From IMG/VR virus record IMGVR_UViG_3300025634_000001, positions 32,001-96,000 of that record: 64,000 nucleotides of DNA. One strand, 5' to 3'. The position numbers and the translations under genes were made by a program. How positions within the stretch are numbered: position 1 is the first letter of the stretch; every line of letters starts with the position of its first letter. Below are positions 9,156-17,655 of this stretch, in pieces. The DNA is from a virus. The notes beneath the pieces are model-generated. The model was not told the origin of the DNA. It searched no databases and was given only the letters and a program-made list of their open reading frames with translations.

Positions 9156-10700
9156 ATGTCCGACCCTGCTGCGGGCAAGTTCGAATTCGCCGGCGGGCAC
9201 ATCGAAGGCGCGGAATCCCCTCGCGCCGCAGCGATAAGGGAATGGCAAGAGGAGACGGGCCTCCCGTTTGTCGATGGCGAGTTCACTGGCTCCTGGGTAT
9301 CCGCTAACGGCATCTACGAGGGCTTCGTCTACACGATCCCCCGCGAGGCCGACCTTGACATTTTCGCCCGCCAGCTCGGCACCGACCCGGACGGCGACGT
9401 AACGGGATCGGAAACGATCGCCTGGTGGGATCCGGCGACTCTGCCCGGTAACGCCGCCGTCCGGCCTGAGTTGCTACAGGACATCGACGCCGTGATGGCT
9501 GCTCTCGGCTGCGATGAGGGGGCAGCCGAGGACTGCTGCGGTGCTGAGTGCTGTGCCGGAGGGTGCTGTAACGGCTCGTCCGGATGCCAGTGCGGGACAG
9601 GCGCGACACCCGCCGAAGGTGACGAAGCCACCTGCCCGTGCGGGACGCCGGTCGTGTACGACGAGATGAACGGCTGGCAGCACGCCGACGGCTCCATCAG
9701 CCACGATGACGGCGAGTCCGTCAGCGACAAGATGGCGGCGATAGCCAAGGCTGGTGGTAGCAGCGCAGTCCCAAAAGGTGACCCGGACGACTGGTCCGGC
9801 ATCTGGGCCAGGACGCACGCGCGCCGGGAGAAGCTGCTCGCCGGGCACGAGAAAGCCGTCCTCGCCGCGTGGAACGACCTCGCGGGGGACCTGAGCCCGC
9901 GCGTTCTCGTCCGCCAGTTCAAGGCCGACGCGGGACTGGTCGCCAAGCTGGCCGACCCGGACCGGCCATGGTGGAAGGACCGCGGCAGGGACGCCGCGCT
10001 CGCGTGGCTGACCGCGATGCAGCAGCGGAAGGGCTGGGCCGCTCTCGTCGCCGCGATCGAGGCCGCCATCGCCGACGGGATGGCCGAGGGCGAAGCTGAC
10101 TCGCTCGCGGTCGCCGCTGACCGGCAGGGCGTCAAGGGCTTCCCCGTCGCCGCCGCTTTCACCGCTGCGGCGCAGGCGCTCCAGGGTGACCCGGACGTAG
10201 GCCAGAAGGCACAGGAGACCGCGCAGGGCATCCTCGGAGGCGTCGCGGCGGCCCTGTCCGTGACACTGGCGGACGGCGCCGGCAACGGCTCCAGCGACGC
10301 CGAGATGGCCGATGCGGTCACCGGCACCGTGACGGGCCCGGACGTGGCCCCGGTGAAGTACGGGCTCGCTGACGCGCTCTGGGCGGCTGCCGGCGCCGGG
10401 CTGACACGGCTCATCGGCAAGCTGCTGACGGGCACCCCGGCTCCAGCGGGAACAACCACGGAGACCGGTCCGGCTGCCCCGCCAGTTCCGCCGCCGGACG
10501 AGCCGGAACCCGGCCTCGCGATGATCAACTGGGTGTGCGAGGGCGGCAACCCGTGCGTTACCTGCCAGGACAACCAGGATGGCAGTCCGTATGCGCCGCA
10601 GGACGTGCCGGCCTATCTGGCGCATAACCACTGCATGTGCGCCCTGTACCTGGCAAGCGACGTTCCGTCATCGTTCTTCGCCGCCTACCTGCTGAACTGA
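9156..10700 (+). CDS. NUDIX C-terminal part + Cys-rich linker + MuF-like minor head protein
   Basis: NUDIX box GHIEGAESPRAAAIREWQEETGL (Gx5Ex7REUxEExGU); C-terminal CVTC...HNHCMC MuF signature; GGGAGG RBS. Confidence 0.85.
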   Translation: MSDPAAGKFEFAGGHIEGAESPRAAAIREWQEETGLPFVDGEFTGSWVSANGIYEGFVYTIPREADLDIFARQLGTDPDGDVTGSETIAWWDPATLPGNAAVRPELLQDIDAVMAALGCDEGAAEDCCGAECCAGGCCNGSSGCQCGTGATPAEGDEATCPCGTPVVYDEMNGWQHADGSISHDDGESVSDKMAAIAKAGGSSAVPKGDPDDWSGIWARTHARREKLLAGHEKAVLAAWNDLAGDLSPRVLVRQFKADAGLVAKLADPDRPWWKDRGRDAALAWLTAMQQRKGWAALVAAIEAAIADGMAEGEADSLAVAADRQGVKGFPVAAAFTAAAQALQGDPDVGQKAQETAQGILGGVAAALSVTLADGAGNGSSDAEMADAVTGTVTGPDVAPVKYGLADALWAAAGAGLTRLIGKLLTGTPAPAGTTTETGPAAPPVPPPDEPEPGLAMINWVCEGGNPCVTCQDNQDGSPYAPQDVPAYLAHNHCMCALYLASDVPSSFFAAYLLN

Positions 10701-11423
10701 CTAGCCCCTGGGGATGAGCTGGTCAACGCTGACGCCGTGCTCGCCGAGCCATTCCAGGACGCTGAACACGGTCCGGGGCGTGATGTCGAATGATCCCCAG
10801 CTGGCGTTCGCCTGATCCTGGGCGCGGAGGATTTCACTGACGAGCTCGTGGCGGCTCAGGAATCGCGCCGGACCGTAATCCTCCAGCCCCCACTGATCGC
10901 CATTCAGGGTCAGCGGCGCGATCTCCACCGACTCATACATGACCGGAGCGCCGAAGCGGCTCGGCGGCAGGCTGATGTCGGCTCCCGGATAGAGGGTGTC
11001 CCGGCTGAAGCGGACCTCTGCGGCGATCTCGGCGTACTTCACCGGGTGGCGGCGCAGGAACCACGGGATGAAGTAGACGCGCGGCACGATCGTGAGGATG
11101 TCGAGCGGCAGCCAGAACAGCAGATACCGGCTGAGGGGCTTCTGGAGCCACGCCGCGTGCCATTCGTCGGCCGTCTTCTTCAGGTGCTGCCACCCGCTGG
11201 CGGGCACCTTGACTGACGCCCGTTGCTTCTCGGTAACAGTCCGCCCGGACAGGATGCTGGTTGTGAACCGCAGCATCATCTCCCCGAACGCCCGGTCTCG
11301 CATCTCCTCCACCTGGAGCAAGTCCCGGCTGTAGCTGCCCACGTAGCCGAACTGCTTCGAGGTGAGTTGCATCTGCCGCTGGAAATAGCCCGGCATGCTG
11401 AGAAGCCGGTTCTCTTCGCTCAT
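10701..11423 (-). CDS. Hypothetical protein with a hydrophobic segment (leaderless, antisense)
   Basis: 240 aa ORF; YLLFWLPLDILTIVPRVYFIPW; CATCAT 6 nt before ATG. Confidence 0.65.
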   Translation of the reverse strand: MSEENRLLSMPGYFQRQMQLTSKQFGYVGSYSRDLLQVEEMRDRAFGEMMLRFTTSILSGRTVTEKQRASVKVPASGWQHLKKTADEWHAAWLQKPLSRYLLFWLPLDILTIVPRVYFIPWFLRRHPVKYAEIAAEVRFSRDTLYPGADISLPPSRFGAPVMYESVEIAPLTLNGDQWGLEDYGPARFLSRHELVSEILRAQDQANASWGSFDITPRTVFSVLEWLGEHGVSVDQLIPRG

Positions 11424-11441
11424 CCCGCAATGATGCCCGAC

Positions 11442-11711
11442 CTACCTGCTGTCCTGACTGGCCTTCGGCTTCCTGCCGCCGCCCGCACCCTGGCCGGGCA
11501 GCGACGCTTTCCATGCCCTGATCTCGCCCATGCGTTCCGGCAGCCAGCCGGGGATGGCTTTCTCGTCGTCTTCGTCTTCGCCGGTCCACGCGTCGGGCTC
11601 GGGGAACGGCGTGGCCGTGTCGCGGTATCGGTTGCGCCACGTGGCGACGAGGTGGCGACTAGCGCCGAGCCTGCGGCCGATGGCGGCCTGTCCGAGGTAA
11701 CGGGCGGTCAT
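11442..11711 (-). CDS. AlpA/excisionase-like HTH DNA-binding protein
   Basis: YLGQAAIGRRLGASRHLVATWRNRY...PFPEPD...PGW; GGAG RBS. Confidence 0.75.
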   Translation of the reverse strand: MTARYLGQAAIGRRLGASRHLVATWRNRYRDTATPFPEPDAWTGEDEDDEKAIPGWLPERMGEIRAWKASLPGQGAGGGRKPKASQDSR

Positions 11712-11756
11712 GGTTGTCACTCCCTGAGTTTACTTCTGTCGCAAAGTTTTACGCGG

Positions 11757-11996
11757 TCACCACGCCCGCCGGGTCACGGTGGGCGCGTAGCTCATCCGGG
11801 GATCGTGCTGGACTGCGTGCCGGACGCACGGGGGCAGGAACGCCGGGTCCGTGTGGTGTACCTGGACTAGCTGCCGGGCGACCGCGCATGTGCACTGCCC
11901 GGTGTCCCTGAGCTTGCCCAGGATGAATTCGGGCGTGATGCGCGCTTGCTGCTGTGCCGTGATCCATGCCGGCTGCCTGCGGTGCTTGCCGTTCAC
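11757..11996 (-). CDS. Hypothetical protein
   Basis: GAGGAG RBS before GTG; first gene after a consensus promoter. Confidence 0.55.
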   Translation of the reverse strand: MNGKHRRQPAWITAQQQARITPEFILGKLRDTGQCTCAVARQLVQVHHTDPAFLPPCVRHAVQHDPRMSYAPTVTRRAW

Positions 11997-12015
11997 TGGA
12001 TTCTCTCCTCGTCTG

Positions 12016-12069
12016 CTTAACCTCGCTTACTTATGTCTCAAGGTTAAGGCGAGGATAGGTCTATGTCAA
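12016..12069 (-). promoter_or_regulatory. Sigma70/HrdB-type promoter with overlapping inverted repeat
   Basis: TTGACA-17 nt-TAACCT on minus strand; CTTAACCT/AGGTTAAG inverted repeat overlapping the -10. Confidence 0.7.
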
Positions 12070-12098
12070 CACGTGTCGCAAGGTTTTAGGGGGCATGC

Positions 12099-12323
12099 AT
12101 GGCCGCAGCCGAGTGCTCACCCTGCGGCGAGTCATTTACCGGCGTGACCAGCTTCGACGCACACCAGGACCGCGACTACTCCCGCACGCCCGCCATCATC
12201 TGCCACCCCCCGGCTGAGGCCGGTCTCGTCCTGAACGAGCACGGACGGTGGGGCTTCCCGCTCAACGAAGCCGGACGCGCCTACTTCGCATCGCTGGCAG
12301 GCAAGGGGGCATCTGATGCCTGA
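12099..12323 (+). CDS. FDXHR-type phage zinc-binding protein
   Basis: CSPCGESFTGVTSFDAHQ...C.PP..GL. Confidence 0.7.
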   Translation: MAAAECSPCGESFTGVTSFDAHQDRDYSRTPAIICHPPAEAGLVLNEHGRWGFPLNEAGRAYFASLAGKGASDA

Positions 12324-12696
12324 CGAGCCGCAAAGATACGTTTTGTCCATCGCATACAAAGCCGGGAAAGACCCGCGCATAACCAAGGGCGCTGACGGCG
12401 GCCGGGACTTCCTGACGGCCGAATCGCTGGAGCTCGCGGCGTGGAATTACCTAGCCAAGGGTGACCCGCAGGTTGGCATCGGTCACCTAGACGGCACGAC
12501 CGGCGCCGCGACTGTTGTCGAGAGCTACATCTGGCGTGGCCCTGACTGGGATCTCGGCGACGGCATCATCGTCACCAAGGGTGACTGGCTCGTCGGCATG
12601 ATCCTGGACGAGCGCAGCTGGTTTTTGGCGCAGCAAGGGAAGCTGAACGGGCTAAGTCCGCAGGGAATCGCGAGGCGACGCCGAGCCGTCCGCTAG
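12316..12696 (+). CDS. XkdF-like prohead serine protease core
   Basis: RYVLSIAY..DFL..ELAAW..H..VVESYI..KGDWLVG..GKLNGLSPQG. Confidence 0.85.
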   Translation: MPDEPQRYVLSIAYKAGKDPRITKGADGGRDFLTAESLELAAWNYLAKGDPQVGIGHLDGTTGAATVVESYIWRGPDWDLGDGIIVTKGDWLVGMILDERSWFLAQQGKLNGLSPQGIARRRRAVR

Positions 12697-13011
12697 CTAG
12701 CAGCGGCAGTCCGGCTTGACGTGGGCCATCGACCCGCTGGCTAGCCGGTAGCACTTGGCGACGCGCGGGATGCGATCCCGGAACGGCGTCCAGTGCTCCG
12801 CTGATGGCCCCGGCCACTTCGGCAGCACCATGTCATACACGAGCACGCCAGCGTCCCGGTTCCGCAGCGGAACGTTGACCGGCCAGGGATTTGCGGCCAC
12901 GCAGGTAGCGCACCCGCTGACCACGCTTAGGTGCCGCTGATATCCCGGCGTCCCGCACTCGCCGCAGTTCTCAGACAGGAACCGGCTCAGGTCGGCGTGT
13001 CCGTAGCTCAT
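12697..13011 (-). CDS. Small Cys-rich antisense hypothetical protein
   Basis: MSYGHADL..CGEC..CATC..HVKPDCRC; GACGAT 6 nt before ATG; stop abuts XkdF stop. Confidence 0.6.
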   Translation of the reverse strand: MSYGHADLSRFLSENCGECGTPGYQRHLSVVSGCATCVAANPWPVNVPLRNRDAGVLVYDMVLPKWPGPSAEHWTPFRDRIPRVAKCYRLASGSMAHVKPDCRC

Positions 13012-13041
13012 CCCGCCATCGTCCCACTGTGAGGTGACACC

Positions 13042-14817
13042 GTGACCGCGCTCGCTGACGACGACGAGATGACCGAGCTGGTAGACGCAGACTTCCCGCG
13101 CGTAGACCTCGTGGGGAAGGGCGCCAACGGCATCCCCCGGTTCCTGGTCATGAAGAACGCGGACGGCGACGCTACCGGCCTGCTGGAGCCTGATTTCGTC
13201 CGCGACCTCATCGCGAAGGCCGAGCCCGAGCCTGCCCGTGAGCGCGCTGTGCTGTCCAACGGCATCACCCTGAACGGTTCCCCGGCTGACATCGCCGCTT
13301 TCATCCACAAGGCCGCGGAGCGCGCCGCAGTCACCGAAGTTCCCGAGGAGGCGGCCATGGCCGACACAGTGAGCAAGGCTGACATGGGCCCCGAGCTCGA
13401 TGACGGCATCGACGGCATGGACCCCACCGTCCCCCTCGCCGAACCCGACGAGATGGGCGCCGGTGACCCCACCGACCCCGGCAGCCCCGCGTGGGAGTCC
13501 ATCGACGCGGCCACCGCCCAGAAGTGGACCTCCATCCTCGCCCGCGCCCGGGTAGCCGTCGACATCCTCGCCGAGCGGGAGATGCTCGAGGCCGCCAGTG
13601 CGGACCCCGACGACATGTGCAACGCGATGGACCTCCAGGACGTGTGCAGTGCCATCGACTACGCCATCGGCGTCCTCGCCCCGTTCGCGGTCGCTGAGCA
13701 GTCGGAGGCTGACTGCGGCGAGGCGGACATGATGGCGATGGTCGGGAAGTCCGCGGGCACCGACCCTGCTGTCTTCGCCCAGGTCGCCAAGGCGATGGGC
13801 GCCGCGGACCTGAGCCTGCCGCTGCAGCAGCTGGAGTACTTCGGCGCTGTCGTCGCCAAGTCCGGCCGGGTCCTGTCCTCCGTCAACGAGGCCCACATCC
13901 GCGAGGCCAGCGCACGGCTGACTACGGTCCTGTCGTCGCTGCCGCAAGCCCCCATCACCGATGACGGCCAGCCCGTCGCCAAGGAACAGGAGAACGCCGT
14001 GGACGCAACCGAGACCGCGCCGGTCGCCAAGGCGGACTCCGCTGAGGCGCAGGCCAAGAACAGTGACCCCGTGAACGCGGGCGGGACGATGGGCATGGGT
14101 ACCCCGAAGGGCGGCGACGTCGAGGCGCTCCCCGGCGACGCGCAGACCCCCGGCCGTGAGGTCATGAAGGCCGACGGGGACGGCGGGAAGCCCGCCCAGG
14201 TCGCCGTCTACGACGCGGACGGGAACCTCGTCGGCGTCGCCAACCCCGATGACATCACGCCGCTGGCCAACGTCAAGGCCCCCGCCAGCGACGACCCCAG
14301 CCCCGACGGAGCCGAGGCGGCACCCGCCCCCGACCCCGCCGACATGACCCCGGCCCCGCCAGCGGAGACCGGAACACCGGCCGATGCCGTCGACCCTGAC
14401 GACGTGGCCAAAAGCGGAGAGCTGATCTCCGCGACCAGTCACCTGATCTCGCCTGATGCGCTCGAGAGCATCATCGCGAAGGCAGTGGCAGCAGCGCTCG
14501 GCGCGCAGGCCCCGGCACAGGACATCGCCAAGCAGGCTGATGTCGCCGGGCTCAGCGAGCAGGTCGAGACGCTGAAGGCCCGCCTCGCGACGGTGGAAGA
14601 GCAGCCCGCGGCGCCGAAGGTGTTCACCAACGGGGCGGTCCCCCCGGCGCACCAGCTGCGCGGACAGGACCAGGGTGAGGCCCGGCCGGTCGACGTCGCC
14701 AAGGCGCTCGACCTGAAGCACAAGATGTACACCGCAGAGCCGGGCGAGGCCAAGCAGATCCAGGACGACCTGACGCAGATGGCCATCGACCAGCTCGCGG
14801 CGATCCACCGCCGGTAG
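13042..14817 (+). CDS. Capsid scaffold protein with N-terminal protease-like segment
   Basis: N-terminal ELVDADFPRVDLVGKGANG..FLVMK; acidic low-complexity body, repeated VAKA/VAKS, C-terminal coiled coil; precedes MCP. Confidence 0.75.
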   Translation: MTALADDDEMTELVDADFPRVDLVGKGANGIPRFLVMKNADGDATGLLEPDFVRDLIAKAEPEPARERAVLSNGITLNGSPADIAAFIHKAAERAAVTEVPEEAAMADTVSKADMGPELDDGIDGMDPTVPLAEPDEMGAGDPTDPGSPAWESIDAATAQKWTSILARARVAVDILAEREMLEAASADPDDMCNAMDLQDVCSAIDYAIGVLAPFAVAEQSEADCGEADMMAMVGKSAGTDPAVFAQVAKAMGAADLSLPLQQLEYFGAVVAKSGRVLSSVNEAHIREASARLTTVLSSLPQAPITDDGQPVAKEQENAVDATETAPVAKADSAEAQAKNSDPVNAGGTMGMGTPKGGDVEALPGDAQTPGREVMKADGDGGKPAQVAVYDADGNLVGVANPDDITPLANVKAPASDDPSPDGAEAAPAPDPADMTPAPPAETGTPADAVDPDDVAKSGELISATSHLISPDALESIIAKAVAAALGAQAPAQDIAKQADVAGLSEQVETLKARLATVEEQPAAPKVFTNGAVPPAHQLRGQDQGEARPVDVAKALDLKHKMYTAEPGEAKQIQDDLTQMAIDQLAAIHRR

Positions 14818-14848
14818 CCCCGCCGCCCTTAAACGCACACCTCCAGCC

Positions 14849-14887
14849 CCCGGAGAGCGCACCGCGCCCGGGGGCTTCCGCATGCCC
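14849..14887 (+). promoter_or_regulatory. GC-rich hairpin followed by TTCCGCATGCCC upstream of MCP
   Basis: CCCCCGG...CCGGGGG stem; the same 12-mer follows a hairpin at 16517-16528. Confidence 0.45.
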
Positions 14888-14901
14888 CCGAAGGAGGCAT
14901 C

Positions 14902-16395
14902 ATGGCTCCACCTCTCGGCCAGATGACCGAGGACACCATCGCCGCCATCGCCAAGGCGCAGACGACGGGCATCCTCGAGTCCACCGGCATCTACTCCTAT
15001 GACCTGTCCAACCTGATCTCCCTGATCCCCGTCGTCACGCCGTGGCGTGACATGGTGTCGCGGGTCAAGAGCCCTGACGGTAACCCGTACGCGATCTGGC
15101 GGGCCATCCTCAACCTCACCAACAGCCAGCCTGACGGTTCGATGGGCTTCGACTACGCGGCTCAGGAAGTCCAGTTCCAGGAGCAGGACTTCCAGGCCAG
15201 GTACAAGCCGACCGGTTACGCGGGCCTGGTCACCCAGGACGCCTACGACATGGCCACGGGCTATGCCGACCCGTACGCGGTGTCCACGTTCAACACCCTG
15301 AACCAGGTGCTGATCATGGACGACCGCAAGCTGATGGGCGCCCAGTCCTTCGCGCTCGCGTCGGCGTCGGCGCCGACCCTGACCGGCCACACGACCGGCG
15401 GCACCATCTCCGCGTCCAGCTGCTACGTCGGCGTCGCCGCCCGCACCGGGTCCGGGTACTACTACGGTTCCGGGAACAGCCAGGGGAACAGCACCCAGAT
15501 CACCGGCCTGACCGGCTCGACCAACTCGGTCACCGCGTCCGTCACGTCGGTCAAGGGCGCGGTCGCCTACGACTGGTTCTACTCGGCGAACGGCTCGACC
15601 TGGTACTACTACAGCACCACGACCACGAACACGGTGCTGATCACGACCACCATCACCAGCAACAACTCGCTGACGTCGGCGACGGTCTGCCCGGACATGT
15701 CCACCCAGTGGAAGGGCTCGGCGGGCGTCCCCACCTACAACGCCGCCGCCGACAACGGCAGCGCCAACAGCAACGACTACGACGGGCTCCTCGCGAACCT
15801 GGCCGGCGACTACAACGGCTCCGGGCAGTGGGTCCAGCCCGGCACCGGCACCGCCAACCCGGCGATCAACGCCAGCCTCGACGGCGCCGCGCTGACCCTG
15901 ACCGGCGGGACCATCACCGAGATCGAGTCCAAGCTGTTCGTCCCGCTGTGGAACCAGGTCAAGTGCTCCCCGACCGCGCTGATGGTCAACGCGGCACAGG
16001 CGCAGGAGATCGCCAACCTCATCCTGGGCGCCAACTCCGCGACGACCTACCTGCAGACCGACTCCTCGGGCCGTATCAACGTCACCGCGGGCGGCCGGGT
16101 CGGGTCCATCGTCAACGCCCCGGCAGGCGGCATGACCGTCCCCATCGAGGTCCACGTCTCCATCCCGCCGGGCACCATCGTCGCGCGCGCCGACCGGGTT
16201 CCGTTCCCGCAGGCCAACATCTCCAGCGTGTTCGAGTACCGCGCGCTGCGGGACACCGCCCAGTTCGACTACGGCATCTCGCGTGTCGCGAACACGGTCG
16301 GCGGAGGGCCGCGTAAAGAATATGAGATTCGCAGTATGGGTTCGTTCCTGTGCAGGGCTCCTGTTGCCCAGGCGGTGCTCCAGAACGTGGCCTAG
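14902..16395 (+). CDS. Major capsid protein with Ser/Thr-rich inserted beta-domain
   Basis: AAGGAGG RBS; YDLS..LIPVVTPWRD..SRV N-terminus; PIEVHVSIPPGT C-terminal motif; position after scaffold. Confidence 0.85.
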   Translation: MAPPLGQMTEDTIAAIAKAQTTGILESTGIYSYDLSNLISLIPVVTPWRDMVSRVKSPDGNPYAIWRAILNLTNSQPDGSMGFDYAAQEVQFQEQDFQARYKPTGYAGLVTQDAYDMATGYADPYAVSTFNTLNQVLIMDDRKLMGAQSFALASASAPTLTGHTTGGTISASSCYVGVAARTGSGYYYGSGNSQGNSTQITGLTGSTNSVTASVTSVKGAVAYDWFYSANGSTWYYYSTTTTNTVLITTTITSNNSLTSATVCPDMSTQWKGSAGVPTYNAAADNGSANSNDYDGLLANLAGDYNGSGQWVQPGTGTANPAINASLDGAALTLTGGTITEIESKLFVPLWNQVKCSPTALMVNAAQAQEIANLILGANSATTYLQTDSSGRINVTAGGRVGSIVNAPAGGMTVPIEVHVSIPPGTIVARADRVPFPQANISSVFEYRALRDTAQFDYGISRVANTVGGGPRKEYEIRSMGSFLCRAPVAQAVLQNVA

Positions 16396-16550
16396 TTCTA
16401 GCTGCGGAAACGCGCTAACGCGTGCCGAGAACACGCGGATGCGCAACCATCGCCGCACCTAGCCCGCTTCACCTGACCGGAAGGCCCGGACGGCGCCTGC
16501 TCCCGCCCTCCGGGCCTTCCGCATGCCCACCTAACCCAAGGAGCAAATCA

Positions 16551-16847
16551 ATGCGTCTTTACTCGCGCACTGGCGCGGCATCGGTCCAGCACGGCGGCCA
16601 GCGGTACGAGCCCGGCAAGTCCGGCGGGTTCGACTTCCCCGACCACGTGTCCGACGTGCTGCACCCGTTCGCGGTCCGCGGCGAGAAGCTGTGGGAGACC
16701 GACATCGAACGGCAGCGCCGCATGCTGGCCGAGGAGATGGACCGCCGCCGCGACCCCGCGTCCCTGTACGACGCGGTGGAGAAGATCATGCAAGCCGCCG
16801 AGGTGGCAGGCGCGAAGCCCTCGCGGGCCAAGTCCGAAGCGAAGTAA
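16551..16847 (+). CDS. Hypothetical head-associated protein
   Basis: AAGGAG RBS; MRLYSRTG... Confidence 0.7.
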   Translation: MRLYSRTGAASVQHGGQRYEPGKSGGFDFPDHVSDVLHPFAVRGEKLWETDIERQRRMLAEEMDRRRDPASLYDAVEKIMQAAEVAGAKPSRAKSEAK

Positions 16848-16899
16848 CGAACCCCTGCGGGGATCTCCCGCGCCCCTTACATGACCCTGGAGGTCTCCC

Positions 16900-17562
16900 G
16901 TGCCCAATGCCAATGACGGCCTGATCGCCGCGTACGGCAACACCATCAACTCGACCTCGACGTCGCCGCAGACGGTGGCGGGCCTGATCGTCGCCCAGTC
17001 CGGCGTGTCCACCCAGGCGCTCCCCGCCGGGTACCTCGGGCAGTCGATCGCCCCGGAGGTGCTGTCTTCGACCGCCGTGGTCCTGACGACCGCCTACGGG
17101 TACCTGACCCGGATCAACGTCCCCGTCTCGGGCACCTCCACTTACCTGGATGTGGTCCTGACCACCGGGAACACGGTCACGAACGCGATCTGGGGGCTGT
17201 ACACCGGGTCGGGTGTCAACCCGGTCGCGTGGACCGCGGAGGCTCACGCCACCGTCACCGGCACCGCGAACCTGTACTCGATCCCGTGGGTGACCCCCGT
17301 AGCGCTGACCGCGGGAACCTACTACGTGTACCAGGAGCTCACCGGCACTACCCCGTCGATGCCGGGGGTGACGGCGACCGCTACCGGGTCGATCGGCGCG
17401 ACGATCCTGAACCCGAACTGCTCCCTGTCCGCCACCGTGCCGACGCTGAACGCCGCGGACCTGACCTCCGGCGCCCCGACCACGATCGGGTCGACCACCA
17501 CGCTGGCGTGGGGGACCTCGTGGGCGCTGACCGCCACGAAGCTCTGGTACGGCCTGCGGTAG
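16900..17562 (+). CDS. Thr/Ser-rich virion (decoration-like) protein
   Basis: GGAGG RBS; beta-rich, PVALTAGTYYV. Confidence 0.65.
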   Translation: MPNANDGLIAAYGNTINSTSTSPQTVAGLIVAQSGVSTQALPAGYLGQSIAPEVLSSTAVVLTTAYGYLTRINVPVSGTSTYLDVVLTTGNTVTNAIWGLYTGSGVNPVAWTAEAHATVTGTANLYSIPWVTPVALTAGTYYVYQELTGTTPSMPGVTATATGSIGATILNPNCSLSATVPTLNAADLTSGAPTTIGSTTTLAWGTSWALTATKLWYGLR

Positions 17563-17571
17563 GGTGCTTGA

Positions 17572-17619
17572 CCTGAACCGCCAGCCCTGCGCGTATCGCG
17601 GGGTGGCTGGCGGTTCAGG
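17572..17619. terminator. 15-bp perfect inverted repeat (hairpin)
   Basis: CCTGAACCGCCAGCC / GGCTGGCGGTTCAGG; no U-tract. Confidence 0.55.
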
Positions 17620-17655
17620 CCGGCGCTGCCGCGGAAACGATGGAAGGCGATCCAG

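Noticed and set aside
8592-9164. Stop readthrough, ribosomal bypass or intron joining portal to NUDIX-MuF
   Set aside because: The halves are in the same frame, but the gap has further in-frame stops, shows no recognisable group I/II features, and the downstream half has its own RBS and ATG. Same-frame spacing here and at other splits is treated as probable chance; RT-PCR would settle it.
13012-16458. 1253-aa minus-strand ORF (12697-16458)
   Set aside because: Antisense shadow of scaffold/MCP caused by high GC3; only the last 104 codons (12697-13011) look like a real gene.
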